Below are positions 59,901 through 64,000 of a stretch of 64,000 bases of DNA, in pieces. The first letter of the stretch is position 1. Each line of letters opens with the position of its first letter. Made by a program: the position numbers and the translations under genes. The notes beneath the pieces are model-generated. The model searched no databases and was not told the origin of the DNA. It saw only the letters and a program-made list of their open reading frames with translations. Origin of the DNA: Raillietiella orientalis (taxonomy: Eukaryota). The stretch lies in NCBI GenBank assembly GCA_036172245.1, contig JAYWIR010000056.1, positions 1 to 64,000 on the forward strand. The letters run 5' to 3'.

Positions 59901-62900
59901 TTATTCCTCCTGCGGCTTCCAAGGGTCCACCACTGCACATCAGATTCAGCTGGAAAAGACGTTCAGTCACGGGTTTTCCGTACTCAGAGCACGGTCTCAT
60001 TCTATTTTTTTTCCCACGCTGGAAGAAAAAGTACCATCAAGAGCGCAAGGCATCTTTGCTCATCTGAGACAGCCAGCAGCACTTCACGACAGAAACGAAA
60101 GCAAGGAGGCCGTGGTTGAGCTAAACTCACTTCCTGCGCATTGGACAGATTGAGTTCATAAAATTTCTTGTACAGTCGAACAGAAAAAAATCACGAAGCG
60201 CAATCAGGAGGGCAGTTTATTTACTATAAATACATAGCAAATGCAAACCAAAAGAGAAAACAGAGGTGCCATTGAATACTTCGGTGGAATAAGGCGCGTT
60301 GGTTGCATGCAGCAGGAAGATGTCTTTTGCGGAAGGTCCAAAACTTCTCTGAAGTTAACTTAACTGCATGGGATTGGTAATTCTTTGATATCTGTATGAA
60401 ACCTGCAAACTTTTATGTAAGCAATGAAAATTATTTGCGAGAGCACCGTTTTTACAGAAATTTGGCTACTGTACAGAAGGGACACCTCATGGCAAGCCTC
60501 CTAATGTATTGGGCATACGCAACTGGGTAGCATGCGACTTTCATCCGCGTGAACCACAGTACACGGACGGAACTGTGAAGCCAATGTGGAGAGCCCATCC
60601 ACTTAGAATAACATCCTGCAGGCAATTTTCAAGCAGAAAGGGCGACCGAAAGACCGGACATCGAGAGGAGTGCTCGGCGCACGAGCTCGCACGTCTGCTG
60701 CTGCTGAAACGTCGACCAGCGGATCTGAGCACTGCACTCGCCCAAGATACAAGACGAGAGAGCGGAGCTTCTCAAGAAAAGAGACCTTTGAGAGTAGTGG
60801 GGTGAGGGGGGTGGTCGCAAGGGTGAACGCGTGTGTAGAGCCGCTTTCCGAATTGTCTGGTAGATATGCGTAGAGCTGATTGCTCCTTTGCTGATCGAGT
60901 CGGAGAAGAGTTGAGTTACCAACAGCATGATTGGCGTCATAAGCTGACCTTTATTAACCTAGACAACCCATGTCTATTTCATACTGAACAAATAGAGACA
61001 AGTAGTTCAGGAATTTTCTGTTAGTATGACAAGAAATGGTTGTAGAGCCATATGTTAATGCTGTAATTATGGTAAATGGCTCTGACAAAATCTGATTGAA
61101 AAGCTGGAAACTAAGGTTTCTTCCTATATGAAACACCCCAGGCAATGTGTCTTAATAGGCTATGCCTTCGAAGTATTGCAAGCTGGTCATGATGACCTTA
61201 AACGAGCAGAAGTGGAGTTGCCCTCCTTATGGTGCCAGTTTCAATCTTTCGACAAGGTTTGGTCTTATAAAGAGTCATTCAGACTCTTATCCCGAACATA
61301 ACTTTATGTTCTTTCACGCGATTTTCATGATGAAGCAGCAAATCTTAGAGATCCTCTCTCGAGCTGCAGCAGCATCTTTATATGTAGGATACGAGACAAC
61401 TTTGTCTTGATAATTCTGCCGGTTGTCTGTTTACAGTGAAGGCAGAGAACGCATACAGTTCGGCATGAAGAGCACTGTAAGGCTAATAATTTCCCTACGC
61501 CTGAGGCAGTGCAGTCGCACCCATCGACGAAGCGTTGTTGCTGCCCAGACTGCTTGGAAACCACGCTGCAACCGAGAACAAGCTGCTGCAGAGGCAGGCA
61601 ACTGTGAGTGTGCACTCCGTTAGCTCCGTCACAAGTTTTCTCGTGTGACCTCTTCAACGGGACGTTTCGTTGCAATTGCTTTACTATACGGCATGCCCTC
61701 TGCCTGGGGCGCGGAATCACACGTCTGGAATCGGCCAATGTAGAGACTCCCCCATTGCATTGAACAAGTATGCAACCAGCCCACTGGCACCTCACGGTGC
61801 CTGCAACAGAAAGGTTTAATCGAAAGGAGCAGTTGGTTTTTTGTGTCCCCACCCTCTGCTTTTTTTTTTGGCACTGTGTCCTTGCTCTGCAGTGCACTCT
61901 TCACAGTAGCAAACTTCGATTCAAAAACCTCTTGGAAAACTTTTGCTTGAGCTTTCCTGAAAGGCAGTTCATCATTTCTGTGCAATAGACGTCTTAGCGT
62001 GATGCATGACCACTCGAACAACCCCCTCGGATGACCTTTCCACCGAGTTTAAAGTTGACAGCGTGAAAACAGCAGTCATCTGCGTAACATTGCTGAAATC
62101 TCCCAGATGCAGAGGGTTTCCTAGTTGCGCTTTCTCGTGCCCACCGAAACGGTGTATCTTTGCAAGTCGAAAGAAGGCACCCTACCATCGGGTGTGCATC
62201 TCGGGGAATGTTGATCGGTTCAAGGAACCAGCAATCCCAAACTCAAAGGATTGTATGTCCCTCGCGGTGTCTTTGTAATACGAGACCAGGAAAAGACTGA
62301 CCATGCTGCTCTGTGTCAGGGGCCGTCCAAGGTCCAGTATTTTATTGGGATGGACGCAGATGTGCGTTCCGTGGAGGTGCTGCGATGTACTACTCTAGAT
62401 GGAGCATTGGCAACCGAAATTCAGCAGCATGGGCGGGCTAGGTCCGCGTGCCTTGAACTGGTTCTGCTAGCCAATCGGCCTTCAACTGGCCGAAATAGTG
62501 ATTGCAATCAAACATGCCGCCTTCTCAGTTTATTCTTGCAGCAAATTCAATGTCCTTCGACTTAATGTGACAAAGCACTTAAATTGCACATTTGGGGGGA
62601 TCCCATCCGAGTTGCCGGTCATTATCTGGTCTAAGTGTTTCGCCATTTAGACCATCGGACGGAAAGTGCAATTAATGACGGGATCACCGTGATGGCTTCT
62701 AGTGGTTTCGTGGACAAGTACACTATTAAGCACCAAAGGGCGGTTAGAATTAGAAGGAATGCTTCCCAGATGTCCTTAAAATCACTAAAATAGAAAAAAT
62801 ACTGAAAGACTCCTCGAGACATTTGGTCAAGTTGTGCAATTTGCAGGTGTCTGATGTCACGCATTTCTCTACCTGAAGTCCGTAAATCATATAAATTGTA

Positions 62901-64000
62901 CAGAGCACAGGAAAGCAACTTTCGGGTTCTTTTCGTAACAGTTTGTTCTGCTGACTTTCGTTTAAACCTCATGGTGAAACCGACGTTAGATGCACACGTA
63001 ATGTTCAAGAAAAGTTGAAAACCGTTCATCATCGGTAAATCATCTCTTCGACCAGTACTCTCTACTTAGTGACCACAAAATTTTGCTCATGGCATCCGAC
63101 AGATGCGTCGAGGGACACCATCAAACGCTTCTGAATAGAACCGCCAGGACGGAAATTCGGTTAAGAAAAGAGAGCTTCCGTTCTTCAAACACTCCACAAT
63201 CATTCTTCGCTTTAATTCGCGAGAACGAAAGTCATTGTGAGCTCTTAGAAGCGCATCTCAAAGAGCAATGTCGAACTTTCCTTCATAGCAGCACAAAGAC
63301 CTTTCAAAAAGCGCCTTCCACGAGAAGAGCGCGGAATTAAGAGAAAGCATATCAAACAACAGCCAGCGCGAAAAATTCAAGGTGTGCCCTTGCCCTGTCG
63401 CAGTTTATCAGGTCAAATTGTGATAAGGATTTTCTAGCCGAACTGTCCCGAATCACCTGACGCAAATATAAACCGAGCTGTACCAGACCATCTTACCTGG
63501 ATAGGGCCGGAAACTGCTCTCTCAAATCCTTGTAATTAAATTTCAGGAGATTTAGAAAAATTGAATGCAAGTCTTCAAAAAGCATTCTCCATGCTTGAAC
63601 ATGAGTATGATAGGCCTCGCTGAATTTGCACTCTGAAGAAATAGATTGCAAACTGTTTGCGGTCTCGTTGAAGCCTTCTTCCAGCGAACTGAAATAGCAA
63701 CCAAAGATTTTTATGTTCCGATTTCAAATGCTTACCTGAATCTGTCAATAATCTCATGAATCCCGAGAAAGGGATCTGAAAGAGACAGCTCCTCGGCGCC
63801 AGAGGCAGCCACACCTAAGAAAATATCGTGGTGACTGAATGATCATAAAGCATTTTGTTATTAAAAAGAGACACCGTCATTAAAAGCCACTCCAAAGCTC
63901 AGGATGCAAAAAGCCCTGATACAGACAAAGCAAAGAGCCAGCTTCTTTCCTCTCTTCGTGGAATGGACATCCCATTTGCAAAGATCAAACACGCAGACCA

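Overview
Eukaryotic nuclear DNA, most likely from a Wolbachia-infected invertebrate, with three parts. (1) A dense nest of decayed L1/Tx1-type non-LTR retrotransposons (gag-knuckle ORF1; APE-RT-CCHC ORF2) from at least five families, labelled A-F here by ORF2 C-terminus and 3' UTR. It includes one full-length copy (322-5830) with a 17-bp TSD, and a NeSL/Utopia-like RLE element (31031-37076). (2) A ~16 kb scrambled nuclear Wolbachia transfer (~13420-29790) of short, frameshifted pieces of unlinked genes (dnaG, nuoN, pyrE, tuf, rmuC, mlaE, putA, rpoD, htpG, gyrA, der, rpe and others), mixed with unassigned, possibly viral segments and later hit by the same retroelements. (3) Unassigned degenerate sequence (~50-54.5 kb and ~57-64 kb). 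The most striking pattern is the insertion logic. All 8 resolvable element-into-element insertions are antisense. Family B sits three times at the same nucleotide of family A's endonuclease gene. D-type elements abut the RT motif-A 'DLRKAFD' codons twice. Family A forms a polarised head-to-tail array at one 13-bp target. The Tx1-like families mostly end in an AATAAA + CCCGG hairpin instead of poly(A), and families A, B and D share a covarying CUGCG stem-loop. Gene and family calls come from recognising motifs by eye; no searches were run, and boundaries without TSDs are approximate.
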